A stretch of DNA of 64,000 nucleotides from an uncultured Gemmatimonadales bacterium (GCA_963809895.1 CAWELD010000004.1:32001-96000), one strand, 5' to 3'; shown: positions 1 through 10,948, counted from the stretch's first letter. Numbers and translations are program-made. The notes: generated from the letters alone by a model not told the origin.

Positions 1-158
1 CCACCGCCGGCTCCGTGCGAAAAGCCATCCTCGCCCTGGTCGCCAAGGGACACCTTGTGGCCGATGGAGACACCCGCGTGGACGACCCCTTCTTTCGCGA
101 GTGGATCCTCATGAAGGCCATGCCCGACGGGGTCTCGTGGCGGGCGCGGGAGCGCTGA
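1..158 (+). CDS. 3' end of an ATP-binding (AAA/archaeal-type ATPase-like) protein, partial
   Basis: Frame 3 is open from the window edge: ...AILALVAKGHLVADGDTRVDDPFFREWILMKAMPDG...R*, stop at 156-158. The DPFFREWI tail is typical of ATPase-wHTH proteins. Confidence 0.5.
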   Translation, partial: TAGSVRKAILALVAKGHLVADGDTRVDDPFFREWILMKAMPDGVSWRARER

Positions 159-200
159 CGCCCCGGCCCGTCTTCCGCGATCCGCGGGCCCCCCTGGCTC

Positions 201-377
201 CTACGCCGCGGGCCGCCCGGCCCGCGTCCCCAGCACCACCGCGATGACGATGAGGATCAGCCCGATCAGCTGACCTCCCGGCGAGTCGTCGTACCCCGCG
301 AATACGAAGCCGGCGCCGCCGATCGCGGCCAGGCCGGCGACCACGAGGGCGGCGACGAGCGGGGGCAGGTTCTTCAT
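201..377 (-). CDS. small two-TM membrane protein
   Basis: MKNLPPLVAALVVAGLAAIGG...DDSPGGQLIGLILIVIAVVLG, two hydrophobic helices, GGAGAG-like RBS upstream. Confidence 0.6.
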   Translation of the reverse strand: MKNLPPLVAALVVAGLAAIGGAGFVFAGYDDSPGGQLIGLILIVIAVVLGTRAGRPAA

Positions 378-473
378 CGGTCTCTCCGGAACACGGGGAT
401 CATCGTCGCGCGACGACAACAACAAGTACTTTGCAATACAAAGTTAGCCGGACGCAGGGAGCATGCGCCGCGG

Positions 474-520
474 TAGACATAAATATCGTACACCATGGTG
501 CTATGTTTGTGTTACATATG
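474..520 (+). promoter_or_regulatory. putative vapBC promoter/operator
   Basis: AT-rich tract with TAGACA (-35-like), the palindrome CACCATGGTG (491-500) and CATATG at the start codon. Confidence 0.45.
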
Positions 521-759
521 CGCACAACTGTTCGACTTCCCGATGACCTCATGAAGGCCGTGAAACGCCACGCGCTCGAGACGAACCGCACGATCACCGA
601 CGTGATCGAAGAAGCGCTTCGGGCGGAGCTCACTCGGCGGGAGCCCGATCGCTGCGGGAGCCCGGGCCGCTGCCGACCTATGGGGAGGGTGGCCTGCGTC
701 CGGGCGTCGATCTGGACGACTCCGCGGCACTGCTCGATCTCATGGACGACGACACGTGA
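518..759 (+). CDS. vapB: RHH/CopG-type VapB antitoxin (frameshifted near 650-660)
   Basis: N-terminus MRTTVRLPDDLMKAVKRHA...IEEALR. A typical C-terminus LPTYGEGGLRPGVDLDDSAALLDLMDDDT* lies in another frame, stop at 757-759. Confidence 0.8.
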
Positions 760-769
760 GCGCCTCGGC

Positions 770-1198
770 GTGATCCTCCCCGACGTGAACGTCCTGGTCT
801 ATGCGCATCGCCGCGACGCGGACCGTCACGACGAATACAAGGCGTGGCTCGAGCAGGCGGTGGCCGGGCCAGGCCCCTTCGGCCTCTCGGACCTCGTCCT
901 GAGCGGCTTTCTCAGAATCGTGACCCACCCCAGGATCTTCGTCGATCCCACGCCCGTCGCGGATGCCCAGGCTTTCGTTCGTGCACTGCGCGGGCGAGAA
1001 AACCGTGTGGCTGCGGTCCCGGGTCCACGGCATTGGGAGATCTTCGTGGATCTGTGCCGGACCGCACGGGCGCGGGGCAACCTCGTTCCCGATGCCTGGC
1101 TCGCGGCCCTGGCCATCGAATCCGGAATGGAGTGGATCACGACCGACGGGGATTTCCGGCGCTTCCCGGGCCTCGACACTCGCCATCCGCTGGACTGA
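770..1198 (+). CDS. vapC: PIN-domain VapC toxin
   Basis: GTG start; ILPDVNVLVYA...GNLVPDAWLAALAIE...TTDGDFRRF PIN motifs. Confidence 0.92.
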   Translation: MILPDVNVLVYAHRRDADRHDEYKAWLEQAVAGPGPFGLSDLVLSGFLRIVTHPRIFVDPTPVADAQAFVRALRGRENRVAAVPGPRHWEIFVDLCRTARARGNLVPDAWLAALAIESGMEWITTDGDFRRFPGLDTRHPLD

Positions 1199-1203
1199 CT
1201 CCG

Positions 1204-2409
1204 TCAGCGCATCTCCACCCAGCCATCCCCCAGCTCCACCCCCAGCGGGCGCCGGAGCGCGTCCAGATCTTCCAGGGGATTCCCGCCGAGCAGCACCAGG
1301 TCCGCGCGCATGCCCGCGGCCAGCCGTCCGATGCGATCCGATTCGCCCAGGTACTCCGCCGCATCGACCGTGGCCATGCGCACCAGCGCCGGCAGGGGGA
1401 TTCCCGCCTGCATGAGCTCGTCCATCTCGTCGGCCAGCGAGGTGCCGGGCTGGGTGACCTCGATGCCCGAGTCGGTGCCCACCAGGATGCGGGCGCCGGC
1501 GTCGTAGAGGGCCTTCACCACCGTGCGTCGGTAGGGCGCCGCCTGTGACGCGGTGGGCAGATGCGTCTGGATCTCCAGCGTCGGGCAGTTCCAGGTGCCG
1601 TGCTCCACGGTGAGCGCGATGGCCTGGTCCAGCGCCGCACCGGAGGTGGTCTGGTAGCCGCCCAGATGCTCGATGGAGCGCTGGCCGACCTCGATGACGT
1701 GGGTGAGCGGGACCGGCCCGGGCTTGTGGCCGGCGAAGGTCATCCCCCGGGCCTTGGCCGCCGCCACGATGGCGTCGTACACGTCGAGCCGCAGGTCCTG
1801 GTAGATCTTGAGCTCGCGGTAGCCCTCGTCCCACATGAGCTGCACCACCGAGTCGGCCTTGGCGGGATCGGTGATGAGCTGGGTCTCGGGCCAGTGCACC
1901 GGCGGGCCGTCGAGCCCGGGGCTCAGCGTGTGGATCGTGGGCCCGATGCGCCGTCCGGCGGCGATGTCGTCGATGATCGCGCCCAGCGCCTGGAATCCCC
2001 ACATGTTGCGGACGGTGGTGATCCCCGAGCGGATGTAGGCCTCGGTGTCGCCGGCGCTCATGTGCACGTGCATGTCCACGAGCCCGGGCATGAGCCAGCC
2101 GCCGTCGCCGTCCACCACCTCGGCGTCCGCGGGCACCGCGACCTCGGCGGCAGGCCCCACGGCCTCGATCATCCCACCGCGCACGACGAGCACCCCGTCG
2201 TCTTCGATCGTGCCGCTCTCCGGGTTCACCAGGTGCACGTTGGTGAACGCGCGCAGGGGTGCGTGCTCGACCCGGAGATCCCCCTGGAACGGCGCGTCGT
2301 CGGGGCCGAGCCCGGTCATGGACTCGGCGGTGCACGCCAGCAGGACGGCCAGCGCCAGGGTGCCGGTGGTGAGGCGGATGGCGGGGCGGGCCAGGCGGGA
2401 GGGGGTCAT
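1204..2409 (-). CDS. amidohydrolase family lipoprotein
   Basis: PGLVDMHVH, GITTVRNM, VGTDSG and GRLAAGMRADLVLL motifs; LLAC lipobox. Confidence 0.9.
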   Translation of the reverse strand: MTPSRLARPAIRLTTGTLALAVLLACTAESMTGLGPDDAPFQGDLRVEHAPLRAFTNVHLVNPESGTIEDDGVLVVRGGMIEAVGPAAEVAVPADAEVVDGDGGWLMPGLVDMHVHMSAGDTEAYIRSGITTVRNMWGFQALGAIIDDIAAGRRIGPTIHTLSPGLDGPPVHWPETQLITDPAKADSVVQLMWDEGYRELKIYQDLRLDVYDAIVAAAKARGMTFAGHKPGPVPLTHVIEVGQRSIEHLGGYQTTSGAALDQAIALTVEHGTWNCPTLEIQTHLPTASQAAPYRRTVVKALYDAGARILVGTDSGIEVTQPGTSLADEMDELMQAGIPLPALVRMATVDAAEYLGESDRIGRLAAGMRADLVLLGGNPLEDLDALRRPLGVELGDGWVEMR

Positions 2410-2575
2410 GGACGGTCGGTGCGAGAGGGCGAGGACGTCGGGAGTCGCGCCCTTTCTCTACGGCCGGTCCGCGGTGGGTTTACGTCGTGGCGGGCGACGC
2501 GGTGGTGGTGGTGGCTACGACACCCAGTGCTCGACCGGTGTCGACAGGAATTCCTCGAGCCGCGCGGGCCGTCAA

Positions 2576-2619
2576 ATTACTCAATGCAGTGAGTAAATTT
2601 GCGCAGTACGTTGAGTAAT
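2576..2619. promoter_or_regulatory. operator-like inverted repeats upstream of the helicase operon
   Basis: ATTACTCAA (2576-2584), TGAGTAA (2590-2596) and TTGAGTAAT (2611-2619). Confidence 0.55.
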
Positions 2620-2710
2620 CCGTTCGTTGGCGCGGCTTCGGCGAAGCGAAGAGGCTGGCAGTGTGGCAGCCGAAGGTGCCCCCTCCCCCGCCCGACCGCC
2701 ACATTCCGAC

Positions 2711-4177
2711 ATGCCTGAGCCTGGCTACTACTACCGGAACGGCCTCGCCGTGCTGCAGTTGGTGCGGGAGCCCCCAGCCTGGATGGCGTACGATCCGCGC
2801 CTGGATGCGCACGTGGCGCCGGGGCACCGCTATCCGGAGCTCCGGAGTTGGGCCGAGGTCCACGAGGTGCCCGAGATCCAGGCCGGGCCCGACACGTTGG
2901 GCGAGGAGTACGCCGACCCTCGCACGCCCCGAGACTATCAGGCCGAGGCCCTGGAACGCTGGTGGACCGCCGGCGGACGCGGCTCCGTGGTCCTGCCCAC
3001 GGGCGCCGGCAAGACGCTGGTCGCCTTCCTCGCCATCCGTCGGGTCGGCAAGGGCGCCTGCATCGTCGCCCCCACCCGCGCCCTGGTGAGCCAGTGGTTC
3101 AACCAGCTCGCCGACGCGTTCGGCGCCGACCGCGTGGGAGCCTATTACGGCGACGAGAAGGAGGTGCGGAGCCTCACCGTGACCACCTACCACTCGGCCT
3201 TCACGCTCCTGGAACGCTGGGGCGACCGCTTCGCCCTTCTGGTCCTCGACGAGGTCCACCACCTGGCGGACCGAAGCGCCGGAGCTTCCGCGACCGGGGC
3301 CTCCGCGACCGCCGCCTCCACGGACGCCGATCCCTCCGGCGCCAAGGCCTGGCACGACGCCCTGCGCATCGCCCCGGCCACCCACGTCCTCGGGCTCACC
3401 GCCACCTATCCCGACGGTCGGGACGAGCACATGCGGGCGCTCGTGGGACCCGTGGCCTATCGCCGCCGTCTGGGCGAGATGCTCGACGCCGAGCTCGCCG
3501 ACCTCGCCGTGGAACGCCGCTTCGTCCACCTCACGCCCGACGAGCGCCGGCGCTACGACGGGGCGGTGGAGCGCTACGAGGGATTCGTCGAGGAGCGCGG
3601 CTACCGCGAGCGCCTGGGTGAGGCGGGCTCCGAGTGGTGGCCGGCGTTCATGGCCGAGACACGGCGCTCGCCCGAAGCGCGCCGGGCGTTCCAGGCGTTC
3701 CGCGAGCGGGAGCGCGTCGTCGCCCTCGCCTCGGGCAAGCTCGCCCTGGCGCGGCGCATTCTGGGGCTCCACTCCGCCGAGCAGGCGATCCTCTTCTGCG
3801 GCAGCACCGAGGCCGCCGACGAGGTGGCGCGGCGTTTCGCCATCCCCCTGATCCGGGCCGAGACACCGGCCTCGGAGCGCAAACGCATCCTGGATCTGCT
3901 GGCGGGGGGAGAGGTGCGGGCCGTCGCGGCGGTGGAGGTCCTCGACGAGGGATGGGACGTGCCTGGCGCCAAGCTGGGCCTGGTGCTGGGAAGCTCGAGG
4001 AGCGGCGGGCGGCGCCAGCATCAGCAGCGGCTCGGGCGCATCCTCCGGAAGCAGGGCGACCGGGTCGCCTCGCTCTTCGAGATCGTGGTGGCCGACACCC
4101 ACGAGTTCTTCGCGTCGCAGCGCCGCGGCGGGGCGATCCGTGCGGCCACCGACCGCCAGCTCGGCCTGGGTCTGTAG
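2711..4177 (+). CDS. XPB/Rad25-like SF2 DEAD/DEAH helicase
   Basis: RDYQAEAL (Q motif), LPTGAGKT, DEVHH, LGLTAT, LDEGWDVP, QQRLGRILR. Confidence 0.9.
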   Translation: MPEPGYYYRNGLAVLQLVREPPAWMAYDPRLDAHVAPGHRYPELRSWAEVHEVPEIQAGPDTLGEEYADPRTPRDYQAEALERWWTAGGRGSVVLPTGAGKTLVAFLAIRRVGKGACIVAPTRALVSQWFNQLADAFGADRVGAYYGDEKEVRSLTVTTYHSAFTLLERWGDRFALLVLDEVHHLADRSAGASATGASATAASTDADPSGAKAWHDALRIAPATHVLGLTATYPDGRDEHMRALVGPVAYRRRLGEMLDAELADLAVERRFVHLTPDERRRYDGAVERYEGFVEERGYRERLGEAGSEWWPAFMAETRRSPEARRAFQAFRERERVVALASGKLALARRILGLHSAEQAILFCGSTEAADEVARRFAIPLIRAETPASERKRILDLLAGGEVRAVAAVEVLDEGWDVPGAKLGLVLGSSRSGGRRQHQQRLGRILRKQGDRVASLFEIVVADTHEFFASQRRGGAIRAATDRQLGLGL

Positions 4178-4184
4178 GCGCTCG

Positions 4185-5414
4185 ATGCTACGACGTACGC
4201 ACGTCGCCCCCTTCGTCGAGGTCCGCAACGGAGCGCTGGAGGTGGAGTTTCTCGAGTCTCCGGGGGATGACTCGGCGCTGATCCGCTTTCTGGATCGGCT
4301 CACGCGTCTCGCGCGTCGCCTCGAGGGATGGCGTCGCGCCGATGTCACCGAAGCCCTCCGCCGCCAGGAGCGGCGGGTACGCGACGTGCGTCGCCTCGCG
4401 GGCATCTCCAAGGCACTGTCGGACGCATGTCGCTTCCGCCCCGAACCCGGCGCGGACCGGGCTCAGGAGATCCGCGAGGCGGTGTATCGCGCGCGCGGGC
4501 GCCGCTGGCCACCGGTGCCCGGAGACGACGATCGACCCTACCAGGACGCGGCTGCGGAGCTCGCCCTCGAGGTGGCCGACGTGAAGCGTCTCCTCCATGC
4601 CGACCGGCCGGCCAACTACCGCCTCGTCCGGGCCCCACGCATGAACGGGCGGGACCTCCTGGCGCGCTACAACCTGGAGCTGGCCCGGGGTGTGCTACTG
4701 GACGCCGAGTCGCTCGTGCTTCGCGCGCGCGGCGGCTGGAAGAACGTCTTCCGCACCCTCAAGCTCGCGCGCCTCATGACGCGGATCGAGCGCGTGGGCC
4801 GCCGAAGTTACCGGGTCGAGGTCACGGGACCCGCGGCGGCCTGGATGGTCCGGCCGCAGCGATACGGCGTCCGTCTGGCTCGGGCGCTGCCCGCGCTCCT
4901 GGCCGCCCCGGGTGCCCGCATCGAAGCTCGCGTGCATCACCAGGGGCGGCTGCTCCCCTATCACCTGGCGGCGGGAGACGTCCCCGGGCTCGGCCGAGGA
5001 CGACGAGGGCGCGGCCGTCGCCACGACTCGCGCTGGGAGGAGGATCTGGCGGAGATCCTCCGCCAGAAGCTCGGCGAGGAGCGCGAGGGCTGGACGCTGG
5101 TGCGGGAAGATCAGCCGGTGGTGCTCGCCGGCGGCCGGGTCTTTCTCCCCGACTTCACTCTGCGGCACCGGGACGGCCGCGAAGCGCTGGTGGAGCTCGT
5201 GGGCTTCTGGACCCCCGAGTACCTGGCCGAGAAGATCGACAAGGTGCGCGAGGCCGGGCTGGACAACCTCGTCCTCGTCGTGTCCCGGAAGCTGGGCGAA
5301 GGCGCGCAGAAGCTGGAGCGGGCCGCCGCCGGGCCGGTCGTCTGGTTCACCGACCGTCCCACGGCGCGGCCGGTACTGGAGGCGGCGGAGCAGGTGGCGC
5401 GGCGGCCGGGATGA
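4185..5414 (+). CDS. DUF790 family (Bax1-like) PD-(D/E)xK endonuclease
   Basis: RYNLELARG, GP...QRYGVRLA, HDSRWEE, FLPDF, ELVGFWTPEYLAEK motifs; starts 7 bp after the helicase stop. Confidence 0.85.
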   Translation: MLRRTHVAPFVEVRNGALEVEFLESPGDDSALIRFLDRLTRLARRLEGWRRADVTEALRRQERRVRDVRRLAGISKALSDACRFRPEPGADRAQEIREAVYRARGRRWPPVPGDDDRPYQDAAAELALEVADVKRLLHADRPANYRLVRAPRMNGRDLLARYNLELARGVLLDAESLVLRARGGWKNVFRTLKLARLMTRIERVGRRSYRVEVTGPAAAWMVRPQRYGVRLARALPALLAAPGARIEARVHHQGRLLPYHLAAGDVPGLGRGRRGRGRRHDSRWEEDLAEILRQKLGEEREGWTLVREDQPVVLAGGRVFLPDFTLRHRDGREALVELVGFWTPEYLAEKIDKVREAGLDNLVLVVSRKLGEGAQKLERAAAGPVVWFTDRPTARPVLEAAEQVARRPG

Positions 5415-5615
5415 GGAAGTCTGCCTGCCGCCGCGATGAATTGCCCGTAGGCCCTCGCCCGGGACGCGGCCGCCTAGCGACGTCCGGGCGAGGACCCAGA
5501 AGACGCCGCCCTCTTCCGATATGCGCATGCGAAACGAGCCTCCGTGCCCGCCGTCTTCCAGGCGGAAATAGGCGAGAGTTCCATCCTGGGGGGATCGCCT
5601 GCGATGCGCGCGCCC

Positions 5616-7636
5616 TCACCGGATCGAAGCGTGGCGGAGGGTGGCATGAAGCTCCCACGCCTCGAAGATCGAGGGATTCTGCAGCTCCGGGTTGGAACTG
5701 AGGTCGTCCACCGCCAACGAGATGGCGGCCCGCAGAAGCTGCTCCAGGGGATGCCACTCGGTTCCCAGCAGCATGCTCATGCGACGCGACAAACCGAGAC
5801 GCCGCCCCACGTTCGGAGGCTCGGTCGGAGACCCACCATACTCGTAGTATCCGTTCCAGCCCTCTTCTGCCCCCCGGTTCATCGCCGCCATGGCATCCGC
5901 ATAGGACGACCCCGGCCTGCACGGCCCGCCAAACGACATCTCGGAAGAACCATTCACTGCTCCCGTAGCCTCGACCGAAACTCCAGGAGTCGATGGACAG
6001 CATCTCCCCGGGTGCCGGGCGCATCCCAGGAGTAGTCGTGCCAGCTCGAGTTCTGGTCGAAGGAGCTTCCCTGCCGTTGCCGCATGGCCTCGATCGCCAG
6101 AAAGTCCGCTCCGCCCTCCGAGGCCCACCGGTCGGCTCCGGGCCCGCCACACTCTCCCGCATCCCGGCACGCGAGGTCGAGGTGGAGGCTCTGCCAGGCG
6201 TGGGCGAGCTCGTGGGTGAGCAGGTCCGGCCGGATGAAGAGCGGGACGTCGAGGTCGTCGATCGCGATGCCGGGACTCAGCTTCATGACGCAGCTTCCCG
6301 GGAACCGATCGGGAGAGTTCGCCCCGCCGCAGGTCATGATCGCGCCGATGAGATCGTACTCCGAGACGATGATGAGGAGCTGATCGCTTGCGGCGGTCGT
6401 CACCGGGTACGCGTCCCCCAGCGACGAGCGCAACAGAGGGATCCCGTAGTCGAACACGACGTCCATGGCGACGTCCATGGAGTCCAGCCGGTCGGCTACC
6501 CTGTACTCCTCGTCCTGGTCGAGCACCGCCACGACGAACCGATCACGGTAGTTGCGCACGATGGTCGCCGGCACGTACTCCCCACCCTCCAGAGGCTTGT
6601 CCACGGTGAGGCGGTCGCCCACCTGCCACGGCTCGTCGCGGTAACGGTAGTAGTCCGGCGGCGGCGGACCCGCGGGGTCCGGGACCCGGTTCCGCGATAG
6701 GAGCTCGAAATCGGGGCGGGGCGGCGCCGTCCAGGATGCGATCGCTGTGGCCGCGACCCGGGGCGCTGCATTGCCGCCACCCGCCACGGTTCGGTCCTCC
6801 AATTCCATCCCGAAGGTGGTGAAGGGGCGCATCCGATCCTCGGGAGCCGTGAGCGCCCCCTGCAGGCTTCGCGCATCCATCATCAGGAGCGTGTAGGCGC
6901 CGTTCACGCCCGGGTGGAGTCGTAGGCATTGCTCCGGGGCGTCGCCCAGCACCATCCAGTCGCCCGGCGCCAGGTTCACCTCGTCGTCGCGGAGCACGCG
7001 GATCGAGATTCGTCCGAGCAACGTTCCTCCCGCGAGCTCGACAGCCTCCAATCCTCCACCCACACACGCCGCCTGTGAGAGGACGGGAGCCGAGAACCGC
7101 AGGAGGGCGCTGTCCGCCGACACGATCTGAACCGGGAAGCCGTCGAGGGTGAGTGTGCCCGGGTCGATGCGGTCCAGGCGGTACCCCTGGAGCGACACCT
7201 CCGCGCCCTGCTCCACCGGTCCGATTTCCGACGCGGTCCGCGATGATGGGCCCGGGAGGACTCACGCGCACCGTGCTCTCGTCTGACGCCAGGGCGGCGT
7301 AGCTGGCCTGGACGGTCGCGGTTCCCGGTCCCCGGGCAATCAAGGTGAACGGTGCGCCCGGCTTCGACTCGAGCACCGGGAACGTCTCCAGGGCGGCGGT
7401 CTTCGGACACGGTGACGAGCACCGGGGATTCCGCCAGCTCGACCTCCTGGCCGTCGGCATCCAGACCCCGAACGGTGAACTCGACCTCCTCACCGAGCTC
7501 CCGCACCTCGACCGTGGCCGGCTCCAGGACGAGGCTGACCGGCATTCGGGGGTCCGGTCGCAGAGTCCGAGCCGCAGGCCGCGGCGAAGAACGGTGACAT
7601 GGAGACGATCACACGAGCACACGCCTTCCGCTTCAT
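5616..7636 (-). CDS. secreted lipoprotein with Ig-like N-terminus and zinc metallopeptidase (HExxH) domain; multiple frameshifts
   Basis: Signal MKRKACARVIVSMSPFFAAAC; pieces lie in ORFs 7490-7690, 6976-7545, 6543-7925, 5954-7216 and 5616-6170; THELAHAWQ...ASEGGADF motif. Confidence 0.65.
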
Positions 7637-7812
7637 CCCGTCCCTCCACGTGGCCTCGGGTCCGTTGGAAGTCCCCTCCAATGGAGCCAACCCCCACGCG
7701 GCGGATCAGGTCACGCCGCGCGCCCTTCATCGCACGATATCGGCGTGCGTGCCGCCAGGTTTCTGGCGAGCTGCTCGACGGTCGCGCCCGCGAAGGGACG
7801 CCAGCCCTCCCC

Positions 7813-9597
7813 CTACCGGAGCCGCGGGTTCGTCGACCGGGGCGCCAGCTCGCACTCCGGCCACTGCGCCGCCGCCGCCAGCGCCCGCCGAGCCGCCGAG
7901 CTGGCCGGCTGGCCGCCAGGTCCACGCGATCCAGCGGGATCCGCGTCGGGATCCTCGGACGCCAGGTAGACGAGCATCGCCGTCAGGGTCGCGTTGTAGC
8001 GGAGGTCGTCGAAGACGACCTTGTCGTAGGTGTCCCGCTCGGTGTGCCAGGTCACGTTGCCGTAGTCCCACGACAGCGCGCCCAGGCCGAAGGCCGGCAG
8101 GCCGTGGCAGCCGAAGGAGAAGTCGTCGCTGCCGCCGCCCGCCGGGCGGCCGGCGCACCACCGGAGCGCCGCCGTTGATGACGCTGGCGCCACTCCATCG
8201 GGATCTTCGCCAGCCACGCGTTCAGGTGCTCGGGGGCGTGCACGAGGCCGCGCGCCGCCGATGCGCACCACGCGGCCGGTGCCGTTGTCCTGGTTGAAGA
8301 GGGCCTGCAGCCCCGCGCAGCACCTCGGGATGGTCCTCGGTGAAGGCCTTGGAGCCGACCTCGCCCTCCTCCTCGCCGCTCCAGTGGCCCACCAGGATGG
8401 TGCGCTTCGGATGCGGATAGACCTTCTTCAGGATGCGCATGGCCTCGAGCATGGTGAGCGTCCCGGTGCCGTTGTCGGTGGCGCCCGACGAGCCGTCCCA
8501 CGAGTCGAAGTGGGCCGACAGCATGACGTACTCGTCGGGATGCTCGGTCCCGGGGATGCTGGCGATGACGTTGTACACGGGCTGCTCGCCGAGGAGCTTC
8601 GCCCTCGAGGTTCGAGCCGGAGCCTGGGGTGGTCGCCCGTCCTCGGTGAGCCGGTAGACGAGGCCGTAGTCCTCGCAGTCGAGGGCGATGGCCGGGGTCT
8701 TCGTGTTGTAGGTCTCGAAGACCTCCATGGCGCCCCAGCCGGTGTTGAGCGCGTTCCCGCGACCCGCCGAAGCCGAAGCCCCCGCCGCCGCCCCTGGGAT
8801 CGAGCTCGGCCGCCACCACCTGCTCCGGCGTGCGTCCGCCGCCCATGCGCCACGGCGAGCTTCGGCCGCGAGGTGATGATGCCCGGCGCGCTCCGCCTGC
8901 CTCGAGGCGCACACCGAGGTCACCGCCACCGAGCGCCGCGGAGTAGCCCGTGCCCCGCAGCGCCGGCGCTCGCGCCGTCCTGGTCCGGGCCCGGGCGCCG
9001 CACGCTGGCCCAATCGCGTGCTGCGTCGCCACCATGACCGAGTCCATGTGCGCCTTGGACTCCGGTGTGCGCGTTCGCGGCCCAGTCGTCCTGCGGACGG
9101 CACGTGGGGAGCGCCGCCGAGATCATCACCAGCTTCCCCTTGGCCTGCGGAAGCCACTTCACGAACTCCGTGCTGTCCCGGAAGCGGGGCAGGACGACGG
9201 TCTCCAGCACCACGTCCTTGCCGCCGGTGCCGGGGCTGTAGCCCACCATCTGGCCCTCCAGCGTGCGGTTGCGCGGCGCCACCAGGTCGATGTGCGAGTG
9301 CCCGCGCACCCACCCGCGCCAGGTGCCGAACTGCTCCTCCCTGGCGTCGATGCCCCACGACTTGTAACGGTCACCAGCCAGTCCTCGGCCCGCTTCAGGT
9401 CCGGGGAGCCCATGAGACGCGGCCCCAGGGAGTCGAAGAGCGCGTGGGCCTCGGTCTCCAGCGCGAGCTGTCCATCCCCACGCGTAGATCCGCCGGATCA
9501 CGGGATCGTCGGTGGGGAAGGTCTGGGCCCGGAGGGAGTCGCGGAGCGCCAGGGCGAGGCCGAGGGCGGCCACAAGGCGCGAGGGTCGGAACGTCAT
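7813..9597 (-). CDS. M28 family metallopeptidase (multiple frameshifts)
   Basis: LSAHFDSWDGSSGATDNGTG, WSGEEEG, GGSDDFSF and TWHTERDTYDK motifs spread over several frames; N-terminal signal peptide. Confidence 0.85.
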
Positions 9598-9623
9598 GGT
9601 TCGGGGTCCTGCCAGAAGGGTGA

Positions 9624-9650
9624 GGACGATCGGATGCCACCCGGGATTCT
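9624..9650. repeat. 27-bp direct repeat, copy 1
   Basis: GGACGATCGGATGCCACCCGGGATTCT, identical at 12995-13021. Confidence 0.92.
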
Positions 9651-9840
9651 CCGAGTCCCAAAGCGCTTCCCGTCGCCGCCGCCCGTCGCCTGACCTACCC
9701 GTCGGTCACGAAGGAGTACACTTTCGAAGTATGGGCACCGTGCGCTTGCTCAGCCTCGATTCCCGTCCGTACCCTGACGGTAGTCCACATCGGGCGGCCT
9801 GCGTGTTCCCATCCCCTCGTCCGCAGGCCCAGGATACGCC

Positions 9841-10948
9841 ATGGCATCCACCCACCGGAAGACGACGGGCCCGCTCGTAGCCGGCGCCATCATATTCGTG
9901 ACTTCCGCCATCGGCTGCGACGGTCCTCCGACGGTCGTGATCGGTATCACCACGAGCACCGAGTTGGTGTACGCGGCTCGACTCGCGCTTGAGGAGCCAT
10001 GGCGGCCGACCCGATCCCCGGCCTGGATACCCTCATCATCGCCGAAGGCACCAATAGCGCACCTCCGGCGATCGAGGCGGCGGAGCGGCTCGTCACGGAT
10101 GCCAGGACCATCGGCGTCGTGGGCCACTCCAACAGTGCGGCCAGCCTCGCGGTGGCGCCCATCTACCACGACCGCGAGGTCGTGGAGCTGACCCCCACAT
10201 CCACGGCGGTGGTCTACTCCGGTGCCGGTCCCTTCAGCTTCCGCCTCGTTCCGCCTGACGACCGGCAGGGTGCATTCATGGCCCGCTACCTGTCCGAGCT
10301 GCTCCCGGAGGGCGGGGATCTGGTGATCTTCTACGTGAACGACGACTACGGCCGGGGCCTCCGCCGCGCCTTCGAAGAGGGCCTCGCCGACGGAGACGCC
10401 TTCCGGATCCTCGGGGAGCTTCCCCACACCGAAACCGACGTGTCGGACGAGGACCTGAACCAGGCCCGCTCCAGCCTGGCGGCCCAGCCCCCCGACGCGG
10501 TGATCTGGCTGGCCCGGGGGACGATCCTGGCGTGGTACCTGCCCACCATCCGCGAGGTCGCTCCCGACGCCCTCATCCTCGGCGGGGACGCTACTTCCTC
10601 GGTCCTGCAGGGGACACCGGGCGAGAACCTCCTCGGCGGGGTACGGTTCGTCGATTTCGTGGACCTGGAGTCCACCGAGGCGTTGCGAGACTTCTCCCGC
10701 CGGTACGAGGAGCGCTTCGCCGCCCCCGCCACCGCGCCGGCCGCCCTCACCTACGACGCCATGGCGCTCTTCTCGCCGGGGTGAGGGCAGGCGCCCGCAC
10801 AGGGCCCGAGCTCCGGGATCACCTGAATTCGCTGGGTCGGGAACGCCCGCCCTTCCAGGGCTTGACCGGCCCGGTCTCCTTCGACGAGAACGGCGATGTC
10901 GAGCGACCGTACGTGATGCGGACGTTCGGGCGGATGCCGATCCCGTGA
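9841..10948 (+). CDS. LivJ/K-type (branched-chain amino acid) substrate-binding lipoprotein; two frameshifts
   Basis: VVGHSNSAAS, FRLVPPDDRQG, NDDYGRGL, TYDAM, FQGLTGPVSFDENGD. Confidence 0.85.
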
